Shown: in pieces, positions 18,589 to 29,730 of the stretch
Position numbering within the stretch: position 1 is the first letter of the stretch
Layout of the letters: each line of letters begins with the position of its first letter
NCBI GenBank assembly: GCA_038915815.1
Contig: JBCLCL010000005.1
Coordinates: 3,955 to 67,954 of the forward strand
Length of the DNA: 64,000 nt
Direction: 5' to 3'
Source of the DNA: Candidatus Limnocylindrales bacterium
GTDB lineage: Bacteria; Chloroflexota; Limnocylindria; Limnocylindrales; CSP1-4
The notes under the pieces: model-generated
What the model saw: only the letters and a program-made list of their open reading frames with translations
What the model was told of the DNA's origin: nothing
Databases searched by the model: none
Program-made: the position numbers and the translations under genes

Positions 18589-19455
18589 TCAGTCCGCCGG
18601 GCCAGGACCTCCTGCCTGTCCGCGAGCCGACGATCGCGCGCCGCGGAGGTAGACGAACCAGTACAGGATGCCGACCATGACCGCTCCGCCGATGATGTTC
18701 CCGATGGTCACCGGGAGCAGGTTCGCCGCGAGGAACGCCTGCACCGTCAAGTTCGGAAAGTCCGTCGGAACGCGGCCGATCTCGCCCCAGAATCCCGCTG
18801 GTGCCCAGGTCCGGATGGCGATCGCCTCGGGGATGAAATACATGTTGGCAACGCTGTGCTCGAAGCCCGCCGTGACGAAGGCCGCGATCGGCGGGATGAT
18901 CGCGAGGATCCGGTCGGTCGTCGTCCGGGCGCTGAACGTGAGCCAGACGGCGAGGCAGACGAGCGCGTTGCACATCATCCCGAGTGCGATGGCGGGCACG
19001 AACTCGAGACCGACCTTCGCGTTTCCGATCATGAGAGCGGCAAGGCCGACACTGCCCTTGCCGAAGGCGTACTGACCGGAAACGAACATGACCGCCGCGG
19101 TCGCCAGGGCTCCCACGAAGTTACCGGCGTAGACGATGGTCCAGTTCCTGAGCACGAGAGCTGAACTGACCTTGCCGCTCGCCCAGGCCATGACGATCAG
19201 GGTGTTGCCGGTGAAGAGCTCGGCACCACCGACGATGACCAGGATCAGACCGAGCGAGAACGCCAGGCCGGCCAGCAGTCGTGCGAGACCGTACGGCACG
19301 TCGCCGGCGCCCGCGCTGACGGTCGTAGCGAAGACGGCCCCGAGCGACATGAACGCACCGGCGAGGACGGCCTACCCGAACAGGCTGACGGCGTCGAGCC
19401 TCGCCTTGCGAACTCCTACGTTCTCCGCCCGGGCTGCCATGAGCGCGTCGCTCAT
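18589..19455 (-). pseudogene. Formate/nitrite transporter (FNT) family gene with an in-frame TAG at codon 28
   Basis: ORF 18589..19350 is clearly FNT-like (LFTGNTLIVMAWASGKVS..; FEHSVANMYFIP). The same frame continues upstream to the ATG at 19455: MSDALMAARAENVGVRKARLDAVSLFG*AVLAGAFMSLGA. A single TAG at 19372-19374 sits inside what should be TM1. Confidence 0.75.
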
Positions 19456-19962
19456 CGCTCGTCCCCCTTGCTGCGAACAGGGACGCCCATGCGGACGCCG
19501 TGGGGCAGGACTCCGCTCGCGCTCGCAGGTAGCCGGTGCCCGGGCGCACCACGTCCCTCACGAACTGAACGGCTTGAGCACCATGTCCGCGATGATCAGC
19601 GCGTAGATGAGGGCGTCGATCGTCGAGGGCGGTGAAGGCCTCGAAGTCCTCGTGAGGGCTCGTCGCGGGATCGCACCACCACCCGAGTCTCCGGTCCCGG
19701 ATCGAGCTGGGGACCTGACCCTGAACGTGGTCGTAGAGACCCGCCAATGTGGATCGCCTGCGAGCGCGGCGCCAGAGCCATCCGACCTCTCGGCCGAGGG
19801 CCGCACGGACCGAAGTCGATGGCGGCCGTGGGGTGCCCGCAGGTCGGGCCATTCGGCCCCCGATCCAGCCTGCGACCGGCCGGTGCGCTCCGGTGGTGTG
19901 CCATGCGATGCTGGTCACACGACAGCCGCAGGAGGGCCCGAGGTGTGGGAGCGATCGTCACG

Positions 19963-20475
19963 ATGAAGGACCGGGCGAAGATGGCCGGCGACGCGGGCGC
20001 GACTCGAGCAGTGACCCTCGTCTGGATCGACGCACGCGAGGCCATCCTGATCTCCCGGCGGGGCGACGCGACTCGGCTCGAGCGGGTCGAATCAGAGGTG
20101 CCGGCGCATCGTCGCGCCACCGGCCATGTCCGGCACGATCCCATGGTCCGCCACGGCGGCGGCGGAAGCCCGCAGGATGCCGGTGAACCGCATCGCCTTG
20201 AGCACCTCGAACGGTTTGTCGCACAGATCGCCGGCCGCCTGCCGTCGGACGAAGACCTGCTCATCCTCGGTCCAGGGACCGTGCGAGAACACCTGGAGCG
20301 ACATCTCCGCGAGTCGGATGACCGCCATGGGCGATCCCGGATCATCAGCGGCGAGGCCTCCGCACGGCGTACCGACCGCCAACTCGTCGCGCGGCTCAAG
20401 CACGTCTCGGGCATCGACCCGCGACGGCGGACGGTCCCGAACGCCCGGCTGGCCGGGTCCGCCAGATCAGGCTGA
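19963..20475 (+). CDS. Small protein of the family annotated 'translational machinery protein' (eRF1-domain-3 / host-attachment-like)
   Basis: VTLVWIDAREAILIS..HRRATGHVRHD..GEPHRLEHLERFVAQIAGRLPSDEDLLILGPGTVREHLERHL..ISGEASARRTDRQLVARLK parallels the WIDH.EA...GP...K.EL..H...D.PSDGQL pattern I recall for that family. The start (19963 or 19981) is uncertain. Confidence 0.5.
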   Translation: MKDRAKMAGDAGATRAVTLVWIDAREAILISRRGDATRLERVESEVPAHRRATGHVRHDPMVRHGGGGSPQDAGEPHRLEHLERFVAQIAGRLPSDEDLLILGPGTVREHLERHLRESDDRHGRSRIISGEASARRTDRQLVARLKHVSGIDPRRRTVPNARLAGSARSG

Positions 20476-20497
20476 GGCTTCGCGCGGCGAGTCACGG

Positions 20498-21190
20498 ATG
20501 ACGCTCCTCCAGCCTCCCCCGCCCGATCTCGATCCGGCTGGCGCCGCCGCCATGCTCCACGACCTGGGATTCATCGCCAGCGCCGATCTGCCCGACCGGC
20601 CGGGGCCCGCCTACCTGCTCGTCGCCCTGCGCGCCGAGCCCACCCTTCGCCACTACGACCCGGAGCGGACCGACTACTGGGTCACGGTCGCAGGGCGTGG
20701 CGCTCGACGCGTGCTGACGCGTGAGACTGATCTGCCGGTCGAGGCGGAGTTCGCGTGGGGACTGATCGGGATCGTCGATCGTCTCAACGTCTCCAACGAG
20801 TACCTGACATTCGGAGGACACCTGGTGGCCGCCTCGGTTGACGGCGCCGCCGTCGCGGTCTTCACTTCGTCGGCGCCCCTCTTTCGGCGGGGCGGTCACT
20901 CGCAGGGCTGGGACCAGGGAGCCGAGAGTGTCGGCGCCTTCTTCGGCAGGCTGCTGGTGGCGGTCGACTACGTCCCAGGGTTCGAGGCCCGCCTGGCAGA
21001 GGCCGAGCCGCTCGATCGCTACGCGGCGTTCATCAGCGACATCACGACCCGCTATCGAGCCAGCCCGACCCTTCGATCCGGGCATCCTGAGCTATGGGCC
21101 CTGCTCGGGGCAGAAGAGCGAAGACTTCGAAATGACCACCCGTCCCAGTGGGCGGGGGGCGTGGCACTCGTCGGCCAGATCCGGACGTGA
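20498..21190 (+). CDS. Hypothetical protein (230 aa)
   Basis: ATG at 20498 within ORF 20126..21190. Protein-like composition from MTLLQPPPPDLDPAGAAAMLHDLGFIASADL onward. No family recognised. Confidence 0.5.
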   Translation: MTLLQPPPPDLDPAGAAAMLHDLGFIASADLPDRPGPAYLLVALRAEPTLRHYDPERTDYWVTVAGRGARRVLTRETDLPVEAEFAWGLIGIVDRLNVSNEYLTFGGHLVAASVDGAAVAVFTSSAPLFRRGGHSQGWDQGAESVGAFFGRLLVAVDYVPGFEARLAEAEPLDRYAAFISDITTRYRASPTLRSGHPELWALLGAEERRLRNDHPSQWAGGVALVGQIRT

Positions 21191-21213
21191 GTGGCAGGCG
21201 GGGTGCGAGGGCC

Positions 21214-21249
21214 GGTTTGTGTTCCTCTAGCACAAATCTGCGATAGACT
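21214..21249 (+). promoter_or_regulatory. Candidate xylA promoter/operator block (inverted repeat TTTGTG-N9-CACAAA plus a TAGACT -10-like hexamer)
   Basis: GGTTTGTGTTCCTCTAGCACAAATCTGCGATAGACT lies 38 nt upstream of the xylA GTG. Its first 15 nt are identical to 28911-28925, and the similarity continues (CAAAT..CTG..GA(T/G)AGACT). Confidence 0.6.
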
Positions 21250-21286
21250 GGCGCAGGCGGGCGGAAGAGACGAGGAGGGATCGGTC

Positions 21287-22654
21287 GTGAGCGAGGCGTT
21301 CTTCAGCGACGTGGCAGGGCTGATCCCGTTCGGTGGGCTCGGCTCGGACGATCCGCTCTCGTTCAAGGTCTACGAGCCCGATCGGCAGGTCCTGGGCAAG
21401 CGGATGGAGGACCACCTCCGGATCGCCGTCTGCCTCTGGCACTCCTTCAACTGGCCCGGCTCGGACGTCTTCGGCTCGGGGACCTTCGATCGGCCGTGGC
21501 TGACGCCCGGGGTGGACCCGATGGCGGCGGCGCGGGCCAAGCTGGATGCGGCGTTCGAATTCGTCGTGAAGCTGGGCGTCCCGTTCTACTGCTTCCACGA
21601 CCGGGACATCGCACCGGAAGGCCGGACCTTCGCCGAGTCCACCTCCAACCTGCACGCGATGGTCGACCTGGCCGAGGCGCACCAGGCCCGGACCGGCAAG
21701 AAGCTCCTGTGGGGCACGGCCAACCTGTTCAGCCATCCACGCTACGCGGCCGGCGCCGCGACCAACCCCGATCCGGAGGTCTTCGCCTACGCCGCGGCGC
21801 AGGTGAAGGTGATGCTGGAGGTCACCCAGCGACTGGGTGGCGCCAGCTACGTCCTGTGGGGCGGACGGGAAGGCTACGAGACCCTGCTCAACACGGACCT
21901 GGCCCGCGAGGGGGAGCAGCTCGCGCGATTCCTGACGATGGTCGCCGAGCACAAGCAGCGGATCGGCTTCAAGGGGCAGCTCCTGCTCGAGCCCAAGCCG
22001 CAGGAGCCGACCAAGCACCAGTACGACTACGACGGCGCGACCGTCCATGGCTTCCTGGTCCGTCACGGCCTGGACGGCGAGTACCGGGTCAACCTGGAGG
22101 TCAACCATGCGACGCTGGCGGGCCACAGCTTCCACCATGAAGTGGCCTATGCGATCTCCCATGGGATCTTCGGAAGCGTGGACGCCAATCGGGGCGACGA
22201 CCAGAACGGCTGGGATACGGACCAGTTCCCGAACTCCGTCGATGAGCTCTCGCTGGCGGTCTATGAAATCATCCGCGGCGGCGGGTTCACCGCTGGCGGG
22301 TTCAACTTCGACACCAAGCTCCGACGCCAGAGCATGGATCGGACGGACCTCTTCCACGCTCATATCGGCGGGATCGACACCCTGGCCCGGTCGCTCCTGG
22401 TCGCGGCCTCGATGATCGAAGCGGAGACGCTGGCATCGATGCGCGAGCAGCGCTATGCCGGATGGAACGGACCGCTGGGGGCCTCGATCCTGTCCGGCGG
22501 GACCTCGCTGGAAGCGCTCGAAGCGCGGGTCAGCGCCGGTGAGATCGACCCGCACCCGGTCTCCGGCCGCCAGGAACTCCTGGAGAACCTGGTCAACCAG
22601 CAGATCTGGGCCACGGACTCGGCCGCTCGGGTCAAGGGCCGCACCGGCCGCTGA
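21287..22654 (+). CDS. xylA: Xylose isomerase (class II)
   Basis: The GTG at 21287 follows [101 protein letters not shown]. Confidence 0.95.
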   Translation: MSEAFFSDVAGLIPFGGLGSDDPLSFKVYEPDRQVLGKRMEDHLRIAVCLWHSFNWPGSDVFGSGTFDRPWLTPGVDPMAAARAKLDAAFEFVVKLGVPFYCFHDRDIAPEGRTFAESTSNLHAMVDLAEAHQARTGKKLLWGTANLFSHPRYAAGAATNPDPEVFAYAAAQVKVMLEVTQRLGGASYVLWGGREGYETLLNTDLAREGEQLARFLTMVAEHKQRIGFKGQLLLEPKPQEPTKHQYDYDGATVHGFLVRHGLDGEYRVNLEVNHATLAGHSFHHEVAYAISHGIFGSVDANRGDDQNGWDTDQFPNSVDELSLAVYEIIRGGGFTAGGFNFDTKLRRQSMDRTDLFHAHIGGIDTLARSLLVAASMIEAETLASMREQRYAGWNGPLGASILSGGTSLEALEARVSAGEIDPHPVSGRQELLENLVNQQIWATDSAARVKGRTGR

Positions 22655-24174
22655 GCGGCGCCGGCCGCTGACCCTGATGGCCCACGTCCTGGGGATCGAC
22701 GCATCGACCACCGCAACGAAGGCCGTCCTGATCGATGAGACCGGCGCGGTCGTCGGCGTCGGCGCCTCCGAGTACGGGTACGAAGTCCCGCGGCCGCTCT
22801 GGAGCGAGCAGGATCCACACCTCTGGTGGGACGGCGCGGTCGCGGCGATCGCCTCGGTGCTGGGATCGACCGGCGTGGCGGGGACGGAGATCGCCTCGGT
22901 GGGGCTGACCGGCCAGATGCACGGCGCGGTCCTGCTCGATGCGGGCGGAGGGCTCCTGCGCCCGGCCATCCTGTGGAACGACCAGCGGACCGGAGCCGAG
23001 TGTGACGTCATCCGCGAGGCGGTCGGTCCGCAGCGACTCATCGAGATCACCGGGAATGACGCCCTGACCGGCTTCACCGCTCCGAAGCTGGTCTGGGTGC
23101 GCGTCCACGAGCCCGACGTCTGGCGACGCATCGCCCACGTCCTCCTGCCCAAGGACTACGTCAGGTTGCGGCTCACCGGCGAGTACGCCCTCGACAAGGC
23201 CGACGGCGCCGGGACGTTGCTGTTCGACCTGGCCGCGCGCGACTGGTCGCCGGAGGTCCTGGCGGCCCTCGAGATCGATCCGGCGTGGATGCCGCGGACC
23301 TTCGAGGGTCCGCAGATCACCGGCCGCGTCAGCGCCGAGGCCGCGGCCGCCACCGGGCTGCGCGCCGGTACCCCGGTGGTCGCCGGTGGCGGCGACCAGT
23401 CAGCGAATGCAGTCGGCGTGGGTGCGGTCGTGCCAGGGGTCGTGGCCCTCTCGCTCGGCACGTCCGGGGTCGTCTTCGCGACCACGGATCGACCACTCCA
23501 CGACCCGCGGGGACAGGTCCATGCGTTCTGCCATGCGCTGCCCGGACGCTGGCACATGATGACCGTGATGCTCTCCGCGGCCGGCAGCCTGCGCTGGTTC
23601 CGCGATGCGCTGGCGCCCGGGATGGAGTTCGCCGACCTCGTCGCGCCGGCCGCCGAGGTGCCCGCGGGGAGCGATGGCCTTCTCTTTCTCCCCTACCTGA
23701 CCGGCGAGCGCAGCCCGCACCCGGATCCGCTCGCCCGCGGAGCGTTCGTCGGCCTGACGGTCACCCACGATCGTCGCCACCTGACCCGGGCCGTGCTGGA
23801 GGGCGTGGCCTTCGGGCTGCGCGACGGCCTGGACCAGATGATCGCCGCCGGGATGCCGGCCCCGACCCAGATCAGGGCGTCCGGGGGTGGCACGGCGAGC
23901 GCGTTGTGGCGCCAGATCCTGGCCGATGTCCTCGGGGCGGAGATCGCCACGGTGAGCACCTCGGAGGGCGCCGCCTACGGAGCCGGCCTGTTGGCTGCCG
24001 TCGGGGCCGGCTGGTACCCCACGGTCGAGGCTGCGGCCGACGCGCTGGTGGCCGCAACGACGGTCGCGGCGCCGGGGGCGGACGTCGGGCGCTACGCCGA
24101 CGCCCACGCGATCTACCGGGACCTCTACCCGGCCCTGGCCGCCACGTTCCAGCGGGTCGGAGCGAGCGGCGACG

Positions 24175-24980
<806 letters not shown>

Positions 24981-24984
<4 letters not shown>

Positions 24985-26297
24985 CGAGCCGACCGCCGCC
25001 GAAGGAGGCTGTCGAGGCCAACCGCGGCAACGAGCACGATCCCGACCACGATGTCCTGGGTGGGGGAGTCGACCCGCAGCAGGACCATGCCCGACCGCAG
25101 CGACTGCATGACGACCGCGCCCAGGATGGCCCCGGGAATGGTACCGATCCCGCCCGAGAAGGAGGTGCCTCCGATCACGGCTGCGGCGATGACGTCCAGC
25201 TCGTTCTGCACCCCGAGGTTCGTCACGGCCGCGTTGAGGCGGGCCGTCTGGACCGCGGCGCTGATGGCGACCAGGATGCCGATGACGACGTAGGTCAGGG
25301 TGATGGTCCGGCGGACGTTGATGCCGCCGAGCTCGGCGGCATCCGGATTGCCACCGATGGCGAAGACGTACCGGCCGAACCGCCGCCGGGTCGCCATGAA
25401 GGTCATGACCAGAGCGACCCCGATCATGAGCAGGACCGGGAATGCGATCCCGACGGGGATCTGCAGGCCGCCGGGCGGCTCGGTGATCCCGTGCTCGAGC
25501 GCGAACTTGGTGGCGAGCGCCGGTGGCCAGAAGTAGTTGTTCGCGACCCAGACCGCGCCGATGACCGCGGTGCAGCTCGCGCCGATGACGGTGACGAGCG
25601 CCCACATCGGCCGCACCGGGAACCCGTACTCGCGGCGGCGGCGACGGCTGTTGACGATCGTGTAGACGATGCCGACACACGCCAGCGCGGCGATGACCCA
25701 GCTGCCCGTGTCGCCGAGCGACCCCGTGGGGCCGCCGCCCAGCAGGCTGTAGGTCGCGTCCATCGGGGCGATCGTCTGGCCCTGGGCGTACTGGAAGATC
25801 AGGCCGCGCCAGACCAGGAACCCTCCCAGGGTGACGATGAAGGCCGGCACCTTGCCGTAGGCGATGATGAAGCCCTGGAGGCCACCGACGGCGGCGCCGA
25901 TCGCCATTCCGACGAGGAGGGCGACGATCCAGGTGTACGGCTGGTTGAAGCCGAGCCCCAGGGTCGTCGGGATCCAGATGGCCTGGAGCATGGCCATCGT
26001 GTAGCCGAGGAAGCCGAGGAGCGACCCGACCGACAGGTCGATATTGCGCGACACGATGATCAGGACCATGCCGGTCGCCATGATCGCGATCGACGAGCTC
26101 TGGACGGACAGGTTCCAGAGGTTGCGCGGCGTCAGGAACAATCCGCCGGACGCCAGGTCGAAGCCGAGCCAGATGACCGCGAGCGCCGCGACCATGCCGA
26201 GGAGCCGGGTATCGACCTCGGTGGAGGCCAGGAGCGAGCGCAGCGTTCGAGGCATCGCCTGGACGGAGTCCGGGCCGACGCCGGACGGCTCAGTCAT
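24981..26297 (-). CDS. xylH: Sugar ABC transporter permease (xylose/ribose-type, about 10-12 TM)
   Basis: 438-aa hydrophobic ORF: [63 protein letters not shown]. The symbol is inferred from context. Confidence 0.85.
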
Positions 26298-26401
26298 CGT
26301 GGCGCCTCACCTGATCGGGATGGATAGGGAACGCGCCCTGCGTCGCGGGGTTTCCGCAGGCGCAGGGCGCGCGATCGATCACGTGGGTCGGTGACCCGCG
26401 T

Positions 26402-27523
26402 CTAGCAGCCGCCGACCGAGCCGGCAGCGACATCCTTGCAGAGGACGTCCTTGCTGATCCAGCCGGCGTCGAGGACGACGGTCAGGTTGTCCTTGGTGAT
26501 CGGGATCGGATTGAGCAGGATCGAACTCAGGGTGTTCCCACCCGGAGTGTCGAACGGCGCGGAACCGGTGATCTTGTCGACCGCGGTCCCGGCGCACAGC
26601 TCTGCAGCCGCCTTGCCGGCTGCCGTGCCAAGCTCACGAGCGTCCTTCCAGACCGACACGGTCTGCGTACCCAGTGCGACCCGGTTGAGGGCGGCGAGGT
26701 CGCCGTCCTGGCCCGAGACCGGCACCTTGCCGGCAAGACCCTGGGCTGCCAGCGCGGCGACGACGCCACCGGCCATCCCGTCGTTCTCGGAGAGCACGGC
26801 CTGGACGTCGTTGTTGGCGGCCGTCAGGAACTGCTCCATGTTGGTCTGGGCATTGGCCGGGTCCCAGTTGTCGGTGTAGCTCTCGCCGACGATCTTGATG
26901 TCGCCGGCCGTGACCGCGGCACCGATGATCTCCTCGTAACCTCCTCGCAGGAAGTCGGAGTTGGCGTCGGCCGCGTTGCCCTTGATGATCACGTAGTTGC
27001 CCGTCGGGACCAGCTTGAAGACCTCGCGTGCCTCCATGCGTCCGACCTCGACGTTGTCGAAGGTGATGTAGAGGGCGGCCGGATCCTCGATGAGACGGTC
27101 GTAGGCGATGACCGGGACACCCTGGCTGATCGCGCTGGCGACCGACGACTTGATGGCGGTACCGTCCTGGGCGAGGATGACCAGCACCGTGGCGCCCTGG
27201 GAGATCAGGTTCTCGACGTTGGATGCCTGCGTCTCGGCCGACGACTTCGCGTCGTTGGAGACGTACGTCCCGCCGCCCGCCTCGATGGCGGCCTGCAGGG
27301 CGGGCTCGTCCCACTTTGCCCAGCGCTCTTCCTGGTAGTTGTTCCACGACACGCCGACGACGCACGCCGCCGCCTCACTCGGCGGGGCCTCGGTCGGGGC
27401 GGCCGTCGCGGGGGCCTCGGTCGGGGCGGCTTCACTGGGCGCCGTGGTGGCGCCAGGGCTGCTGCATGCAGCGAACACGAAGACGACGATCGAACTGAAC
27501 GTCGCCAACCTGCGAATGGACAT
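26402..27523 (-). CDS. xylF: Sugar ABC transporter substrate-binding lipoprotein (D-xylose-binding type)
   Basis: Lipoprotein signal with FAACSS. VGVSWNNYQEERWAKWDEPALQAAIEAGGGTYVSNDAKSSAETQASNVENLISQGATVLVILAQDG..GVPVIAYDRLI. RBS GAGGAGGAG. Confidence 0.85.
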   Translation of the reverse strand: MSIRRLATFSSIVVFVFAACSSPGATTAPSEAAPTEAPATAAPTEAPPSEAAACVVGVSWNNYQEERWAKWDEPALQAAIEAGGGTYVSNDAKSSAETQASNVENLISQGATVLVILAQDGTAIKSSVASAISQGVPVIAYDRLIEDPAALYITFDNVEVGRMEAREVFKLVPTGNYVIIKGNAADANSDFLRGGYEEIIGAAVTAGDIKIVGESYTDNWDPANAQTNMEQFLTAANNDVQAVLSENDGMAGGVVAALAAQGLAGKVPVSGQDGDLAALNRVALGTQTVSVWKDARELGTAAGKAAAELCAGTAVDKITGSAPFDTPGGNTLSSILLNPIPITKDNLTVVLDAGWISKDVLCKDVAAGSVGGC

Positions 27524-27672
27524 CGTTGGCTTCTCCTCCTCTTGGATCCCGGTAGCCCTTCGGACGACTGACGTCGGGCGAATAGGCTAGCACGCTCGAA
27601 TTTCCGATTCCGCCGGCCCAGGGGCCTTCAGGACGGTCGTTGAGTGCCTGATCCTCCTTTCGTGCGCGCGTT

Positions 27673-28905
27673 TCAGGCGCTTGCCAGTGCGGACATGGTC
27701 GTATGCGGACGGAGCCAGGCCGCGGGGTCGGTGAGCAATGGTTCGAAGGCCAACTCGGCGGCCCCGAGCAGCGGTGCGTCGATCCCGAGCGTGGCCGGCA
27801 CCACTCGGACGAGATGTCGGCTCGCCCGGAGCACGCGCCGGTCGAGTTCCGCTTCCAGGGTCGAGCGGACGAAGGGGTAGCTCCGCAGCAACCGTCCGCC
27901 GAGGAGGACGAGTCGCGGGTTCAGGATATTGATCAGGCCGGCCAGCCCGATACCCAGCCAGCGGCCGGTCTCGGCCAGCGCGGAGAGGGCGTGCGGCGAT
28001 CCCGATTCCGCCTCGCGCAGGACGGCATCGATCGCCTCCCGTCCACCCTCGGGCGGGTAGCCTGCCCGGCGCAGCAGCGCGCCGGTCCCGACCTCCGTCT
28101 CCCAGCAGCCGATCGACCCGCACCTGCACGGCAGGCCGTCCGGGTTGACCGGGATGTGACCGACCTCGCCGCTGTAGCCGGCGACGCCGGTGAGGGGCCG
28201 GCCGTCCACGATCAAGCCGCCGCCGACGCCGATGGACCCCCAGATGAGGATGACGTCGTCGGCCCCGCGGGCAGCCCCGCGGCGGAGCTCGGCGAGCACG
28301 GCCATGTCGGCTTCATTCGCGAACGTGGTGGGGACGGTGGTCCCGAGGACCTCGGCCAATCGCTCGCCGAGCGGCTCGTCGCGCCAGCCCAGGTTGGGCG
28401 CCATCGAGACCATGCCGTCGCTCCGGCGCACGATGCCGACGACCGCGACTCCGATGCCGACGAGGGCGCCGCCGTTCGGGAGCGCGCCCCGGACGGTCGA
28501 TGCGAGCTCGGCAAGGGCGGTCGCGATGTCGTCCACGCTCGATCGGCCCGGCGGGAGGTCCACGCGGATGATCTCAAGGACCTCACCCCCGAATCCCACG
28601 GCCGCCGCCGCCAGGGAATCGACGGCGATCTCGAGCGCCAGCACCACGGCGCCATGAGGGTCCGGACAGACGAGTGACGATGGGCGACCGGGTGTCCCGT
28701 CAAGGGCCGCCGGTCCTTCGCTGACGAGTTCGCCTCCGACGAGCTCGCCGGTCAGCGCGCGGATCGCACTCCGGGTCAACCCCGTGCGCGTCACCAGCTC
28801 CGACCGCGAGAGCGGCCCGCTGCCATGCAACTCCCGCACGATCGCGCTGAGATTCGCCCGACGGACGGTCTCGCTGCGGTGCCCGAGTTCGTCCCGACCG
28901 ATCAT
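27673..28905 (-). CDS. ROK-family transcriptional regulator (XylR-like)
   Basis: N-terminal wHTH (VRRANLSAIVRELHGSGPLSRSELVTRTGLTRSAIRALTGELV) followed by a ROK sugar-kinase-like body with CRCGSIGCWE. The ORF-track start at 28932 is a TTG that would overlap the conserved operator block, so I prefer ATG 28905 (or GTG 28908). Confidence 0.85.
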   Translation of the reverse strand: MIGRDELGHRSETVRRANLSAIVRELHGSGPLSRSELVTRTGLTRSAIRALTGELVGGELVSEGPAALDGTPGRPSSLVCPDPHGAVVLALEIAVDSLAAAAVGFGGEVLEIIRVDLPPGRSSVDDIATALAELASTVRGALPNGGALVGIGVAVVGIVRRSDGMVSMAPNLGWRDEPLGERLAEVLGTTVPTTFANEADMAVLAELRRGAARGADDVILIWGSIGVGGGLIVDGRPLTGVAGYSGEVGHIPVNPDGLPCRCGSIGCWETEVGTGALLRRAGYPPEGGREAIDAVLREAESGSPHALSALAETGRWLGIGLAGLINILNPRLVLLGGRLLRSYPFVRSTLEAELDRRVLRASRHLVRVVPATLGIDAPLLGAAELAFEPLLTDPAAWLRPHTTMSALASA

Positions 28906-28910
28906 CACCG

Positions 28911-28948
28911 GGTTTGTGTTCCTCTCGTCCAAATGTCTGTGCGAGACT
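28911..28948 (+). promoter_or_regulatory. Second copy of the xylA-type promoter/operator block, in the divergent ROK / SDR intergenic region
   Basis: GGTTTGTGTTCCTCTCGTCCAAATGTCTGTGCGAGACT. The first 15 nt are identical to 21214-21228. It shares TTCCTC-N16-18-(T/G)AGACT spacing with the xylA copy. Confidence 0.55.
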
Positions 28949-29015
28949 CTTACAACGACGCCGTCATGTCAAGCCGGCAGATGGGTCTCGGGCATGCCAA
29001 GTGGAGGAGCGAACG

Positions 29016-29723
29016 ATGAACAGGCTGGACGGTCGGGTGGCGCTGGTCACGGGTGCGAGTCGGGGCATCGGCGCGGCCGTGGCCAGGGCCCTGGATGCGG
29101 CGGGCGTTCGACTCGCCCTGGCCTCCCGGAGCGGCGCCGACCTGGGGATCCGCGGCGCCGTCGCGCGACCGTGTGACGTGCGCGACCCGAAGGACCTCGA
29201 GGCGATCGTCGCCGCGACGGTGGATCGTTTCGGCGGCCTGGACATCCTCATCGTGAACGCCGGCGTTGGCGCCTACGGCCCGTTCCTGGACCTGCCGCCC
29301 GAGCAGCTGGAGGAGATGATCGACGTCAACGTCAAGGGCGCCATCTACTCGGTCCGGGCCGCCCTCCCCCAGCTCGAGCGCAGCGAGGCGGCGGAGATCG
29401 TCATGATCGCCAGCGAGGCCGGCCGCCGGGGTCTCCCGCTCGAAGCCGTCTACTGCTCGTCCAAGTTCGCCCAGGTCGGGCTGACCCGGGCCCTGGACCA
29501 CGAGCTGCGCGAGAAGGGCGTCCGCTGCACGAACGTCTGCCCGGGCGGCGTGGCGACCGACTTCGCGATGGGTCGAGGCCGAACGCCGGAGATGCCGGCG
29601 CTGGCCGGGATGATGGTCCCGGACGACGTCGCCGAGACGGTGATGTTCGTGCTCACCCGGCCGCGAACCCACCGGATCCTGGAGGTGGCGCTCCGCCCGG
29701 TCACCGAATCCTCGTGGGGCTGA
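29016..29723 (+). CDS. Short-chain dehydrogenase/reductase (SDR)
   Basis: The ATG at 29016 follows GGAGGAG. MNRLDGRVALVTGASRGIGAAVARAL (TGxxxGIG), NAGVG, YCSSK catalytic motif. Confidence 0.88.
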   Translation: MNRLDGRVALVTGASRGIGAAVARALDAAGVRLALASRSGADLGIRGAVARPCDVRDPKDLEAIVAATVDRFGGLDILIVNAGVGAYGPFLDLPPEQLEEMIDVNVKGAIYSVRAALPQLERSEAAEIVMIASEAGRRGLPLEAVYCSSKFAQVGLTRALDHELREKGVRCTNVCPGGVATDFAMGRGRTPEMPALAGMMVPDDVAETVMFVLTRPRTHRILEVALRPVTESSWG

Positions 29724-29730
29724 GCCGGCC

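Noticed and set aside
27524-27672. A third copy of the xylA-type operator upstream of the xylF-like gene
   Set aside because: Only a 7-mer (CTAGCAC) is shared with the xylA block. The TTTGTG/CACAAA half-sites are absent, so the match is too short to claim.
28906-28932. The ORF-track start (TTG at 28932) for the ROK regulator
   Set aside because: It would bury the conserved 15-nt operator/promoter block inside the coding region. ATG 28905 or GTG 28908 leaves the block intergenic and still precedes the wHTH domain.
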